DNA of 64,000 nt from Octopus bimaculoides. Taxonomy: Eukaryota. Location of the stretch: the NCBI RefSeq assembly GCF_001194135.2, contig NC_068987.1, positions 109,634,627 through 109,698,626 on the forward strand, written 5' to 3'. The position numbers and the translations under genes were made by a program. The number at the start of each line of letters is the position of its first letter. Within the stretch, counting starts at the first letter, position 1. The notes beneath the pieces are model-generated. The model searched no databases and was not told where the DNA came from. It worked only from the letters and a program-made list of their open reading frames with translations. This document shows, in pieces, positions 1-62,821 of this stretch.

Positions 1-515
1 AACCACATACGGATACACTGCAGACAACGCCCACTCTACTCTGCATTTATAAATGAAGTTATTCCATTCAGTACAAAGAAAAGAAAAGAGGCAAAAAACG
101 CACATATAAAAAATATTAAATTTACGTTTTTTCTTGCATAAGACAAGATGATGTAATTTATGCAACACAATTATGAAGCAACCTCTCCATCACTCCTCTC
201 CAAATGAGCTCCATTGTTTTCTCAGAGGAAATATCGAAAGCTTCGGGGATCGAGCTTTTTGGAATATTTTTTAGAGTCAATGATATTTCTATATTATGGG
301 GCGTTAAGAAAATTTTATGATAGTATTTTCGTAATATGAAAATTTTCACTTATAAAAAGCGTAGATACTGCTGTGTTTAAAAATGTTTGTTTCACTACCA
401 CATTGTAGTTCGATGAAAGACATTTCCATCGGTGACCATCCTTTCTGTTTTTTCGAAAGTGTGTGTGGTTCGTCTCTTTATAAATTGTCAAGTAAACATT
501 ATGTATAATGACGAT

Positions 516-1074
516 CACGAGGGGCATTCCAGAAGTTTTTAGACTATTTTAGAATAAGTAGTTATAACTGTCATAGATTATTGTAATTATAGAATATCCT
601 TTCTGTACATCTAATAAGCTGACCTGCCGACTTTTGTTATTCCAGATTGAAGGAAACGGCTGTAACGGCACTTTGAACTCACAGCTTGTCACAGCTTATT
701 AAACTCTGCTTGTCACAATTCCATCCAGATAACGGACTACTTGACAGATATGAGCCTCAAAACTGCCCCTCACCCTCCCTACAGTCCAGACCTTATACCC
801 TGTAAGTTTTGGTTGTTCCTCCCCCCACCCCAAGCTGAAGGAAAATCTCAGGGTCAGTCGTTTTGAAGACATTAAGAAAATGGAGGCTGTGACAAGAGTC
901 CCGGACACATTCACCTTGGAGGTTTTCCACGGGGCCTTCACGAACTGGCTGGTGTGCTACAAGTGCATTGAAGTTAGAGGATTCTACTTTGAAGGAAATT
1001 AGAACTTTGTGCTTCTTTGAAATTAATAAATGTCTCTCTCCTTAAAAAGTCTAAAATCTGGAAGACGCCTCGTA
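516..1074 (+). mobile_element. Internally deleted mariner element with degenerate transposase C-terminus
   Basis: Translates with a frameshift to TAPHPPYSPDLIPCKFWLF/PKLKENLR...YKCIEVRGFYFEGN* (mariner YSPDL motif). Left end cacgaggggcattccagaagtttttagac matches the reverse complement of the right end (tacgaggcgtcttccagattttagac). Confidence 0.85.
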
Positions 1075-1367
1075 TTTATTCATCATCATACAAAGAAAGT
1101 ATCAACGAGCAATATATATTTGATAATATGCTATTTCTAAGCAAGTTGAGCAACCACACGGAGACTTCACACAGAGGCCTCAAATACAGGCCTGTTCATT
1201 GGCTTAGATACTTGCGCTAAGGTGCGAATCTATATACTAAGGTTCGAACCTTGAATGTTATTTACAATACTGCTACAGATATTTGTGTTATATACTAAGG
1301 CATGACCCCTGAATATTATATACAATGTTGCTACTCTGGTGAATTATATAGCTACGCTAGGTATGAC

Positions 1368-2013
1368 CAAGGCCGGTCTTAAATGAATTAGACAGACTTG
1401 TTTAAATTGGGCCTCGCACCAAGAGAGGGCTCTGCGCCAATAGAGAGTCCCGCACCAAGAGAGGGTCCCGCGCACATGCTCGAACGGAGGACGCCATGAT
1501 GAATTTTTAGTATATCATTGTGGCTAATGTGGTGGAGTGGAGGCACAATGGCCCAGTGGTTAGAGCAGCGGACTCGCGGTCGGAGGGTCGCGGTTTCGAT
1601 TCCCAGACCGGGCGTTGTGTGTGTGTTTATTGAGCGAAAATACCTAAGGCTCCACGAGGCTCTGGCAGGGGGGTGGGGTGACCCCTGTCGTACTCTTTCG
1701 CCCCAACTTTCTCTCACTCTTTCTTCCTGTTACTTGGGTAAAGCTGCGATGGACTGGCGTCCCGTCCAGCTGGTGGTGGTGGTGGTGGGGCAACACATAC
1801 GCCATAGAAACCGAGAAACCGGGCCCATGAGCTTGGCTAGGCTTTGAAAGGGTGAAAGAAGAAAGAATGTGGTGGAACCTCAAGCCTCCAAAGCTTTTTG
1901 GCTGGGAATAGTGTACTACACAAACTATAAAGCATCAATCTTCAGTTTTACAGAGTAGAGGGTTCCACTGACAATTCTCTAATTGGGTCCCGCACTTCTT
2001 AGCGCCGGCCCTT
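1368..2013. mobile_element. hAT-like non-autonomous element carrying a nested SINE
   Basis: Terminal inverted motifs caaggccggtcttaa and cttagcgccggccctt; flanks ggtatgac/ggtttgag match 6 of 8, consistent with a decayed 8-bp TSD. Confidence 0.5.
1537..1860 (+). mobile_element. tRNA-headed SINE, type A head with 3' module i
   Basis: A-box TGGCCCAGTGG and B-box GGTTTCGATTCC; near-copy at 29212-29502. Confidence 0.85.
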
Positions 2014-2197
2014 GGTTTGAGATCTTTATATTAGATGGTCATATGTAACTCATGTGTATTCTGACATGTACTTTGACTGTACTGGATGCCAAACAAGGAT
2101 CCTTGAAGAATCTTTATTTTCAAGGTTTTTAAAATGAAAATAAGGCAGAGTAAAAAAATCAAAACAAACAAAACAAAATAACAATTTTGATGCTCAC

Positions 2198-52129
<49,932 letters not shown>

Positions 52130-52315
52130 CTGAAAATATAGAAATGAAACAGAGCGAAATAACGTTAATGAATTTATGAAGAGAATTGCACAAGTTCTCA
52201 AGATAAAGTTATAGATTTATTTGAAATTTTAAATACATTTATTGAAATTTTTTAATTAATTCCTCGACGCTCTCACCGTCTCTACTTCTTTCTTTCAAAC
52301 GCACATACACACACA

Positions 52316-52375
<60 letters not shown>

Positions 52376-53339
52376 NNNNNNNNNNNNNNNNNNNNNNNNN
52401 NNNNNNNNNNNNNNNNNNNNNNNNNNNNNNNNNNNNNNNNNNNNNNNNNNNNNNNNNNNNNNNNNNNNNNNNNNNNNNNNNNNNNNNNNNNNNNNNNNNN
52501 NNNNNNNNNNNNNNNNNNNNNNNNNNNNNNNNNNNNNNNNNNNNNNNNNNNNNNNNNNNNNNNNNNNNNNNNNNNNNNNNNNNNNNNNNNNNNNNNNNNN
52601 NNNNNNNNNNNNNNNNNNNNNNNNNNNNNNNNNNNNNNNNNNNNNNNNNNNNNNNNNNNNNNNNNNNNNNNNNNNNNNNNNNNNNNNNNNNNNNNNNNNN
52701 NNNNNNNNNNNNNNNNNNNNNNNNNNNNNNNNNNNNNNNNNNNNNNNNNNNNNNNNNNNNNNNNNNNNNNNNNNNNNNNNNNNNNNNNNNNNNNNNNNNN
52801 NNNNNNNNNNNNNNNNNNNNNNNNNNNNNNNNNNNNNNNNNNNNNNNNNNNNNNNNNNNNNNNNNNNNNNNNNNNNNNNNNNNNNNNNNNNNNNNNNNNN
52901 NNNNNNNNNNNNNNNNNNNNNNNNNNNNNNNNNNNNNNNNNNNNNNNNNNNNNNNNNNNNNAATTTCCAAGCAGAATGACTAAAATTTCTCTATAAATTG
53001 AAATATTTCTAAATCAACTTATCTAAACTTTAAAATGTGTTCAATATTCTTCTCCAAAATATTTACTTTTAACTCTTTTTCCATTTCTTTGTAATTCTTT
53101 AGATGGCGTCATATTGAAGCAATGACTTCTACTTGTAACTCATTACATTATGTTACATGGAAGTCATAGCTCTTAGTTGCAGTTCTTTATGTTGAACTAC
53201 GATGAAGTCACGACTTTTAGCTCTAAAGCTTAGCATGTATGTATGTATGTATGTATGTATGTATGTATGTATGTATGTATGTTCTCTACGCTTTTAATTA
53301 TTTGATGTCTTTGAGTAAGGAAGGAGCTGGTTTCTAACA

Positions 53340-53750
53340 AATATATTAAGCTCCATCTTTGGAGTGTAGGAAACAAAAATAACGTCACATTTTGAGCGTC
53401 AAATTCCGGATTATATTTGTAACTTGCGCATCAGTTGGTTGGTTTCTTTTTCTGAAAGCTGTACCTTTTATCATTAGTACCAAATGCACTATTTATCATT
53501 GGTAGAAATGTGAATTTATAGTCTGAATATAAAAGCTAGAGGTCTCGAAGCAACCGTCAGTATGTTTCATTTCTCTCTTTGATTTTCGGAGAGATGTTCA
53601 CAACAGTAGGGCAGCTGATCTCTTTGACGATGCATACATTTTCTTTTCTATTCAAAACATCGATATCTGGCCTTCTAGATTTGCACTTAGTAGAATTCAT
53701 TTGTTGTTTATATATGTATTCAATAACGGGGTAATCCTCCACATTTATCC
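53340..53750 (-). mobile_element. RLE-type LINE endonuclease fragment
   Basis: KCKSRRPDIDVLNRKENVCIVKEISCP..VNI..KIKE...Y (PD..D/E core of the restriction-like endonuclease). Confidence 0.7.
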
Positions 53751-53764
53751 ATGGAGAGTCCTTT

Positions 53765-54085
53765 CTTCGGATGGTATTCTTTTTATTCTTTTATTTGTTT
53801 CAGGCATTTGACCCCAGGACTTATTCTTTCGTTCTCTTTTGCAGAACCGCTAAGTTACGAGGACGTAAACGTACCAACATCGGTTGTCAAGCGATGGTGG
53901 GGGGACAAAGACAGACACACAAACACGCACATACGACGGGCTTCTTTCAGTTTCTGTCTACAAAATCCACTCACAAGGCTTTGGTCAGCCCAAAGCTATA
54001 GTAGAAGACACTTGCCCAAGGTGCCACGCGGTGGGACTGAACACGGAACCATCTGGTTGGTAAGGTAGCTACTTACCATACAGCC
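53765..54085 (-). mobile_element. SINE type B
   Basis: Shared tail and head blocks. Confidence 0.82.
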
Positions 54086-54121
54086 TGTGTATTATATGAG
54101 TGATTATATGTATATGTTTAT

Positions 54122-54342
54122 TGTTATGGGAGAATCCTGAACACTCCCACAAAACTGATTACAATATATAAGACCAGAGTGAACTGTCAGGAGAGTAGTT
54201 GACGGTGTTAGTTCGACCGTGTTGGTTTACTGTTAGTTCGACGTTGGTTTAGCAGTCGGTAGTTGAACAGTGAACACTGAGTATCGTACCTACGTTCGAG
54301 TAGTACGGAGTGCGTTCTTTGTTAAAAAATATTTCTCCCATA
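54122..54342. mobile_element. Possible solo LTR or small TIR element
   Basis: Starts TGTTATGGGAGAA and ends TTCTCCCATA (10-bp inverted match); internal TATAAG and a tgttagttcgac duplication; terminal CA is absent. Confidence 0.35.
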
Positions 54343-54822
54343 GGGTAGTTTTAGATAACCACAACCAACTATTTATTTGCGTAAAACCATTTTACACCAG
54401 ACGTGTATGCTCACGTCATAAAAAATATATATGCATATATANNNNNNNNNNNNNNNNNNNNNNNNNNNNNNNNNNNNNNNNNNNNNNNNNNNNNNNNNNN
54501 NNNNNNNNNNNNNNNNNNNNNNNNNNNNNNNNNNNNNNNNNNNNNNNNNNNNNNNNNNNNNNNNNNNNNNNNNNNNNNNNNNNNNNNNNNNNNNNNNNNN
54601 NNNNNNNNNNNNNNNNNNNNNNNNNNNNNNNNNNNNNNNNNNNNNNNNNNNNNNNNNNNNNNNNNNNNNNNNNNNNNNNNNNNNNNNNNNNNNNNNNNNN
54701 NNNNNNNNNNNNNNNNNNNNNNNNNNNNNNNNNNNNNNNNNNNNNNNNNNNNNNNNNNNNNNNNNNNNNNNNNNNNNNNNNNNNNNNNNNNNNNNNNNNN
54801 NNNNNNNNNNNNNNNNNNNNNN

Positions 54823-54914
54823 CAATAGAAGGACATATTATTGTAACTACATTTAAACAATCTAAGTGGGAAGGAAGAATGTTTAATATAGTTACAATAA
54901 TATGACCTTCTACT
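54823..54914. other. About 40-bp-arm inverted repeat (hairpin)
   Basis: caatagaaggacatattattgtaactacatttaaacaatct versus the reverse complement of the right arm, cagtagaaggtcatattattgtaactatattaaacattct; short purine-rich loop. Confidence 0.8.
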
Positions 54915-55519
54915 GAAATGAAATTTCAGTAAATTTTCTGTATCTTTGTGCAGCTGAAGATTGCTCTGCATTTTACGTTTAATGTAATGTTCACATTGCT
55001 TAAATAAATGGAGTCACATGAAACGATCGTACTGCATTAACTTTGGATATCCTTGTTGCTTATTTTGATTTTTAATCACCCTATTTTGGAATTGTTTGGA
55101 TAATACCATACTTAATTTTGGTGCCTAAACTTAAGTACCATATTCACCTTGAATCTATATATATATATATGTATGTATCTGTTTGTGTGTGTGCGTGTGT
55201 TTCTTTGTGTTTCTGGGTATGTTTGTGCATAAGCATTGTGTGTATTTATGTGTGTATGTGCGTTTTGTATGTGTAGTTGTACACAAACATTTCTTAGTAG
55301 AAGAATATGTGTGCGTCTGTTTTCGTATGTATATGTGAATCTTACAGCACACGTTATATCTAATTGTCTTTTGTCCATCAGTAGAACGGAGTTTGTTTTC
55401 TGTACTGATATTATAAGGAACAGAATTCTTCTGTCTTAAGGATTCAACGAGCTAATCGGGAGACTTTCTCAAGTACCACTAAAGAAAGGAAGTGCCTCTA
55501 TATAAGGAATCACTCACTG

Positions 55520-55750
55520 TCAAAAAGAAATGGAAAAATTATCAAAATATAAAGATCTTGAAATATAGATAAACAGAATGAATTAACTAAAAGCAGAAAC
55601 AATACTTATATTAACAGATGTTTTGAATATGATTAGAAATGTTGCCGGAAAATATATAACCAACACCGTAGGACTTAAAATATACACAACGCTCAAGAAA
55701 TAGAAGTTAGGTAATGGACACATATTGCGTAGTGTTCTGTCAATTCAATG
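55520..55750 (+). mobile_element. R4/Dong-like LINE C-terminal relic
   Basis: KKEMEKLSKYKDLEI...KAETILI...GHILRSVLSIQ. Confidence 0.65.
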
Positions 55751-56052
55751 GAAAATACAAAACAAAATACAGTTCGTACGAACATAAGGCGTAGAGAGCT
55801 AAGGACATTAATGCCGAGAAAGCAGGCAGTATGATTAATGATAAAAATAGTAATAGCAATGATGATGATGAGGAGGAGGAGGAGGAAGAGGAGGAGAAGG
55901 AGAAGAAGGAGCAGGAGCAGGAGCAGGAGAAGAAGTAGGAAGTGGAGCAGGAGAAGGAGGAGGAGGATTAGGCGTATGGTAAAAGCAGAAACCGAAAGGA
56001 AAAATGAATTCTGTATTGGGACTATTTCAACAAGATTATCAACAAGATTATA

Positions 56053-56458
56053 TAGGCGCAGGAGTGGCTGTGCGGTAAGTAGCTTGCTTACCAACCACAT
56101 GGTTCTGGGTTCAGTCCCACTGCGTAGCACCTTGGGCAAGTATCTTCTACTATAGCCTCGGGCCGACCAAAGCCTTGTGAGTGGATTTGGTAGACGGAAA
56201 CTGAAAAGAAGCCTGTCGTATATATGTATATATATATATATGTATGTATGTGTGTGTATATGTTTGCGTGTCAGTGTTTGTCCCCCCAACATCACTTGAC
56301 AACCGATGCTGGTGTGTTTACGTCCCCGTAACTTAGCAGTTCGGCAAAAGAGACTGATAGAATAAGTACTAGGCTTATGGGGCCGATTTGCTCGACTAAA
56401 GACGGTGCTCCAGCATGGCCGCAGTCAAATGACTGAAACAAGTAAAAGAGTAAAAGAG
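56053..56458 (+). mobile_element. SINE type B, full length
   Basis: Head aggcgcaggagtggctgtgcggtaag through tail gactgaaacaagtaaaagag. Confidence 0.88.
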
Positions 56459-56459
56459 A

Positions 56460-57920
56460 GTTGCAGCAAAGTTTACTGCGGAGAGAAATTTGTGGAAAGG
56501 GATATGGGACAAGTTGATAGATTGAAAACAAAAAAAAAAAAAGGGAGAAGAAAAAAGGAAATTGTTATAAAAATTAAAAGAGTTACAAAAATAAGGTTGG
56601 AAAGAACATATAGAATAAAAAATAAAGGATGTGCTGTGATATGAAACGAAGACCATTATTGGAAAGATACGACAATCGAACAAAGGCAGAAGAGATTGTT
56701 TGAAGCCGATCAGAGAAAACTTTGAGGAATTAAATGGGCAATTACATCAAACATTGGTACCTGATGCAGATGAAATTATAGCTTCTGAGGAAGGTGAGAT
56801 CTGTGATGAATCTGTAAAGCATAATGCTAATGCGGAGTGGCAGCATGAAATCCAAGATATATTAAAAAATATAGAAGGCCAAGACATGAAAATAAAAACT
56901 TGCTGAGATATCTAACTCAAAGTGAGGGAACATTGCCAGTGGTAGTTAGAGATGAAGGCATATTGAAAGCAGGAGAAAAGGAAAAAATAAAACATGAAAT
57001 ACAATGTCATGAAAAAGCAGAGTCTTAAAGATGAGCAAGTGTCTCGGTCGTGCCGAATATGTAATGAATTTGATGAAACTATTGTCCATATTGTAAATTA
57101 ATGTTCAAAACTTGCCCAAAACCTGTATAAGTTGTGGCGACATGATGATATAGCGAAAGTTCTGCATTAGAAACTGTTTGAGAAAATGGAGGTTTGAAAG
57201 AGGTAAGACATGGTATCTCGCAAATGACAGAAGGTGACTGAGTCAGAAACTTGCAAAATATTGTGTGATTTCCCAACCCAAACGGACCAGGTGTTTGAGC
57301 ACAACAAACCGGACTCGTGGTGGTTGACAAAGTAAACCATATGTACTCTATAATTGATGTTGCATGCCCATTTGACACGCAGTTAGTTAAGAAGGAAGAC
57401 GTTGAATCGGAAGTGCACAATGCTCTTAACACATAAAACGCGACGGTCCACGATCGTGGCCGTCAGTCACAGGTCGATAGGCCACGATTGTGGCCCAGAT
57501 AGATGCATTTAATTTATGGGCGTTTGCTGGGGTCTAATGTCACTCAAACGTTCCGATACACCCCAGAATGCAAGAGGACTAATAGTTGAACTAATGACTT
57601 TTCAGATGATGTAAAACTTGCCACGATTATATACTAAGAAGATATTTTAACTATTTTTTTGTTTTTTTATGTGTGCATGGTAGTCATATTTTCATAAAAT
57701 GTGCTCAGCAGTCCATGCTATGTAAGTGCAAATTCCAGCGCTTTATGGGTTAAATACGAGATAGCCCGATATTGGAAGATGAACAAGACGAACTTATTGA
57801 AGACAGTATCAAAAGATATTGAGAGGAATATAAAGAAAACGGGAATAGAGTGTCCTGTAGAGTTGTTCCAAAAAAGTTTGGCTTCTGGGGACGGCCAGAA
57901 TTATCGAAAATGTATTAGAT
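56460..57920 (+). mobile_element. Highly degenerate R4/Dong-like LINE, interrupted by a MITE
   Basis: KPDSWWLT / VVVDKVNHMYSIIDVACPFD...; ...KYEIARYWKM...TVSKDIE..GIECPVELFQK; many stops. Confidence 0.65.
57430..57749. mobile_element. piggyBac-like MITE, 320 bp, TTAA TSD
   Basis: TTAA|CACATAAAACGC ... GCGCTTTATGGG|TTAA (TTAA at 57426-57429 and 57750-57753); removing it restores the host frame VHNALKYEIARYW. Confidence 0.8.
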
Positions 57921-58356
57921 AGTTGAAGAGAACAAATAGCACGGTGCTACAGGTAGCAAACTTGCTACTCATGCAAGACCCTGGGAAAACAAATCTGAGT
58001 TTAAAGGAATGATAATCCTTTCTACAATAATCACGTGGCTTAAAATTTTTGGGGAAGGTTCAAGTTGATTGTATCGACCCCAGTGCTCAGTTGGTACTGA
58101 TTTTATCGATCCCAAAAGGATGAAAGGTAAAGTCAACCTCGGCAGAATTTGAAAGTGCTTCAGATTTTGGTACAGGGTCAGTAATTTTAAGTGGAGGGGT
58201 GTTAGTCAGTTACATCAACCCCGGTACTTGACTGGCACTTTGTTTAATTGACTCCGAAAGGATAAAAGGTGAAGCTGATCCTCAGCGGTATTTTAACTCG
58301 GAATGTAAAGAGTCAGAATAAATACCACCAAGCATTTTGTTTGACGCACCAACATC

Positions 58357-58412
<56 letters not shown>

Positions 58413-58943
58413 GAAGAAGAAGAAGAAGAAGAAGAAGAAGAAGAAGAAGAAGAAGAAGAAGAAGAAGAAGAAGAAGAAGAAGAAGAAGAAGAAGAAGAAG
58501 AAGATCCTTTTGAAATTATTCAATCAATAAAAAGTGAACGTGTAAGCACAATCTTTCACGAAACTGCTAATCATATAAATATCGATCTACCGATTGATTT
58601 TGTCTCTTTTTGGTTGTTGCAGTTTTTATTGTTTATGGTTCTGATAGAACTCGTAGAGGCCCTTTCTTTTTGTCACCGTTACTATTGTAACAATTGTTTA
58701 AACCCCAGGCCTGCTCTGACAGTGGAAGCCTGAAGATCAGGATGTAATGCAGTTATACCCCAGAGTTATATTTTTTCTCACTCATGTATTATGTTGTATA
58801 TGGGACCGCATGAACCTATGTATAAATCCAATTATTTTTTTTGCGTATCTTTTTTCAAAAAGGAGAATGTCATTTGAGGAAAACTAGACTGCTATTTCAA
58901 ATTGGTCAAAAGTCTGCATATATCATTCCTCGTTTGTTGCACA

Positions 58944-59386
58944 TCTATCCTCGTTTATCACGGCGAGGGGTTTGGTTTAAAAAAAGACAGTGCTAAATGG
59001 ATCATGCTAGATTCATTGATGCCAAACTTACAACTACAGCAGCGAAGCTTCCCCCGTCACGTGTTTTCTCGATCACGTATTCTCTTGATTTCCTGTAGAG
59101 ATGCATTCGTCTGCATCGTTTGTTAGGATCAGCCGCCTTCATACTTTTTCCTTTTCAATAGTCCCATGCAGCCTTGCAGTGCGGTCATGCAAACATAAGC
59201 GACAGTCAGAATATTCTGGGTGGCTGAACATTGTTGATGGTCGCTGCAGTACATGTAGAATTACTGACTGATCGCCAACCCGTGTTATTACATATCAATC
59301 CGTAATACGCGTAACATGATTCACAACTGAGTGTACCGAGTTATCCCGGATCAGTGCTAAGAGAATCAGTGATAAACGAGGGTGTA
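58944..59386. mobile_element. pogo/Tigger-like MITE
   Basis: 13-bp exact inverted match cctcgtttatcac (58949-58961) / gtgataaacgagg (59369-59381); right end ...ggtgtatata. Confidence 0.55.
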
Positions 59387-59550
59387 TATATTTACATGAC
59401 TTAGTTGGGGGAAGAAGGACAGCACGTGTGACTCATCTTAAGCTTCTCCCCGACGCTTTGAGCAGGGTGGACTTGGCAGATAACACTCAAGGTCCACGTT
59501 GTGGTATTAAACCACATGGTGGCGAGTAAAGTATAACACAGTTGTTGTTG

Positions 59551-59614
<64 letters not shown>

Positions 59615-59625
59615 CATTATTATTG

Positions 59626-60183
59626 AATGAGAGAGCAGTGCATGCCATCAAAGTGACACTGGGGTAAAATATACGAAGCTCAGTATACCCATCATGACTA
59701 CCTGTCTGATAAGGGTACACCAGGCACATACATCACAACCATATGTGCGCGACATGGTGATCTCATATCAAAATAAACAGCGCATGACCTTGCAGGTGGG
59801 GCCCAGTTAGAATTTTCTTCAGGTCGAGTAGCCTATCCCACTCAAAAGGTCCCTGAATAAGGTTTGTTTAAGGAGGATGAACGAAACACCCATGTTTCCA
59901 AAGGTGAATTATTCAAACCTCAAAGAATTCTTCTTAACATATGGCTATGATGCTCCCCCACTACTTCTATTCATGATCAGAGATGCACATATCGTCAGCC
60001 ACTAAAGGACATGCTCAACTCGTTAAGGTCAAGCAATAGAACAAGAAAATCTGTGGTATTAAGCAGAATATTTGCTGTAGCCCATCTTTTTATACCAAGA
60101 CAAAAGAATGTACATGATAACACTTTCAATCAGTCAAGATTAGAAGCCATGAGAGCCACTGCCTGGTACTGCATCAGGGCATT
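59626..60183 (-). mobile_element. About 560-bp non-coding interspersed element between trinucleotide arrays
   Basis: Unique-looking non-coding body ending (minus strand) in an (AAT)n tail at 59555-59625 and starting inside (AAC)n/(AAG)n; no ORF homology seen. Confidence 0.45.
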
Positions 60184-60185
60184 TC

Positions 60186-60220
<35 letters not shown>

Positions 60221-60299
60221 CTTCTTCTTCTTCTTCTTCTTCTTCTTCTTCTTCTTCTTCTTCTTCTTCTTCTTCTTCTTCTTCTTCTTCTTCTTCTTC

Positions 60300-60336
<37 letters not shown>

Positions 60337-60344
60337 TGTTATTA

Positions 60345-60377
<33 letters not shown>

Positions 60378-60395
60378 GTAGTAGTAGTAGTATAC
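60182..60395 (+). repeat. Compound trinucleotide microsatellite (GTT)n(CTT)n(CAT)n(TAT)n(TAG)n
   Basis: Read directly from the sequence; a similar (AAT)n(AAG)n array lies at 58355-58503. Confidence 0.95.
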
Positions 60396-62272
60396 TAGTA
60401 GTATGCTAATTTGGTTGGTAGGGATTATATCTTAAGGTTTGGTAACGAGTCTCTTTATATCCTGCAAGTCTAATCTCTTTCAGTGGCGGCGAGCTGGCAG
60501 AATCGTCAGCACGCCGGGCGAAATGCTTAGTGATATTTCGTCTGAGTTCAAATCCCGCTGAAGTCGACTTGGCCTTTCATCCTCTCAGGGTCGATAAATT
60601 AAGTACCAGTCAGGTACTGGGGTCGATAGGATCGATTTTACCCCTCCCCAGAAAAATCCAGGCCTTGTGCCTACAGTAGAAAGGATTATTATTGTTATCA
60701 TCATTATTATTATTATTATTATTTAGTCATAACGATTCTACGCCTGCATTTTCAGATAGGATATCCAGGAATTCATTATTCAATTCCTATTTCGGTTTTC
60801 GAAAGAAAAATTTCATAGTTATTTGTAACAGATCGAGTGACCACATAGACACTCCTTTGTTACTTTGCATCTTACGCGGTCAATATGGTTATTTATCCCA
60901 GATTAGCCATGCCCAGTAGGCTTATATTTAAATTCAAAATCATTGCAGCTTTGAACATCATATCATTTTACAAACAAAGTACATCTATGGTCTCCATGAC
61001 TCAATGTACTCTGCTTTCTCAAAACAACAGTAGAGTGTGAATTAAGAAAGATTTGACTGCTATTCTTTGCTAGTCTACGTAAATACCTTTCGTTGTTTTG
61101 TATTTAAAACAAACTGTCCGAATGGCTGCGTGCGGAAGCAGACGATACATTTCGAGCATGAAATGAGGAATGGCTTTCGTTCGGCAATTCAAACTAAACA
61201 AACACAAGGGCTTTGTCAATAATACTACGGTCACACATCATTTACGATCGTCATCCGTCCACATCACATCTCACACTGCTCTATCCTTCCATTCCTTTTC
61301 ACACACACCCGCCTACATCCGCACGATATCCGCAAACTACTTTGTCATTCCAAACGCATATCAATCATGTATGTCCTTCCTACTGATAAAAATCAGTTCC
61401 TTTTCTTGTTTAACAATGTTACTAAGTATATCAAAACACGACATAAATAAACACTACAATACATTATTCGGTTTTGATGGTCTCGCATATACACAATTAT
61501 ATATANNNNNNNNNNNNNNNNNNNNNNNNNNNNNNNNNNNNNNNNNNNNNNNNNNNNNNNNNNNNNNNNNNNNNNNNNNNNNNNNNNNNNNNNNNNNNNN
61601 NNNNNNNNNNNNNNNNNNNNNNNNNNNNNNNNNNNNNNNNNNNNNNNNNNNNNNNNNNNNNNNNNNNNNNNNNNNNNNNNNNNNNNNNNNNNNNNNNNNN
61701 NNNNNNNNNNNNNNNNNNNNNNNNNNNNNNNNNNNNNNNNNNNNNNNNNNNNNNNNNNNNNNNNNNNNNNNNNNNNNNNNNNNNNNNNNNNNNNNNNNNN
61801 NNNNNNNNNNNNNNNNNNNNNNNNNNNNNNNNNNNNNNNNNNNNNNNNNNNNNNNNNNNNNNNNNNNNNNNNNNNNNNNNNNNNNNNNNNNNNNNNNNNN
61901 NNNNNNNNNNNNNNNNNNNNNNNNNNNNNNNNNNNNNNNNNNNNNNNNNNNNNNNNNNNNNNNNNNNNNNNNNNNNNNNNNNNNNNNNNNNNNNNNNNNN
62001 NNNNNNNNNNNNNNNNNNNNNNNNNNNNNNNNNNNNNNNNNNNNNNNNNNNNNNNNNNNNNNNNNNNNNNNNNNNNNNNNNNNNNNNNNNNNNNNNNNNN
62101 NNNNNNNNNNNNNNNNNNNNNNNNNNNNNNNNNNNNNNNNNNNNNNNNNNNNNNNNNNNNNNNNNNNNNNNNNNNNNNNNNNNNNNNNNNNTATATATAT
62201 ATATATATGTATGTATGTATGTATGTATGAAATACATATGTGTGTGTGTGTGTGTGTGTGCGCGAGTTTACG

Positions 62273-62312
<40 letters not shown>

Positions 62313-62438
62313 TAGATAGTTAGAAAGATAAATAGATAGAAATACAGATAGAGAGGAATAGCAAGAATTAGAACAAAGATAACGTTATCTAAAAGAGTAA
62401 ATAGAACTTGGTGGAAATGGATTTAATTCTCCAATGAA

Positions 62439-62821
62439 TACTCTTTACTCTTTCTTTTACTTGTTTCAGTCATTTGACTGCGGCCATGCTGGAGCACCGC
62501 CTTTAGTCGAGCAAATCGACCCCAGGACTTATTCTTTGTAAGCCTAGTACTTATTCTATCTTATTTTGCCGAACCACTAAGTTACGGGGACGTAAACATA
62601 CCACCATCGGTTGTCAAGCGATGTTGGGGGACAAACACAGACACACGAACATATGCACACACATACATTTATATATATACATATATACGACGGGCTTCTT
62701 TCAGTTTCTTCCTACTAAATCCACTCACAAGGCTTTGGTCGGCCCGAAGCTATAGTAGAAGACATTTGCCCAGTGGGAATGAACCTGGAACCATGTGGTT
62801 GGTAAGCAAGCTACTTACCAC
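62439..62821 (-). mobile_element. SINE type B
   Basis: Reverse-complement copy of 63002-63400. Confidence 0.88.

Noticed and set aside
158-349. ORF with TLKNIP resembling a Penelope-like N-terminus
   Set aside because: Similarity is too weak beyond six residues to call.
1537-1610. SINE heads as tRNA genes (also at 29212, 50760 and 63002)
   Set aside because: They have A and B boxes but no complete cloverleaf and run directly into repeat bodies.
59030-59140. Short minus-strand ATG-initiated frame ending at a GTAAGT, as a candidate first exon
   Set aside because: It lies within a putative Tigger-like MITE and does not resemble the TRPN N-terminus.
60110-60183. HDV-like ribozyme at the 5' end of the 560-bp element
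   Set aside because: P1- and P3-like pairings can be drawn, but L3/P1.1 and the strand order do not fit the HDV fold.
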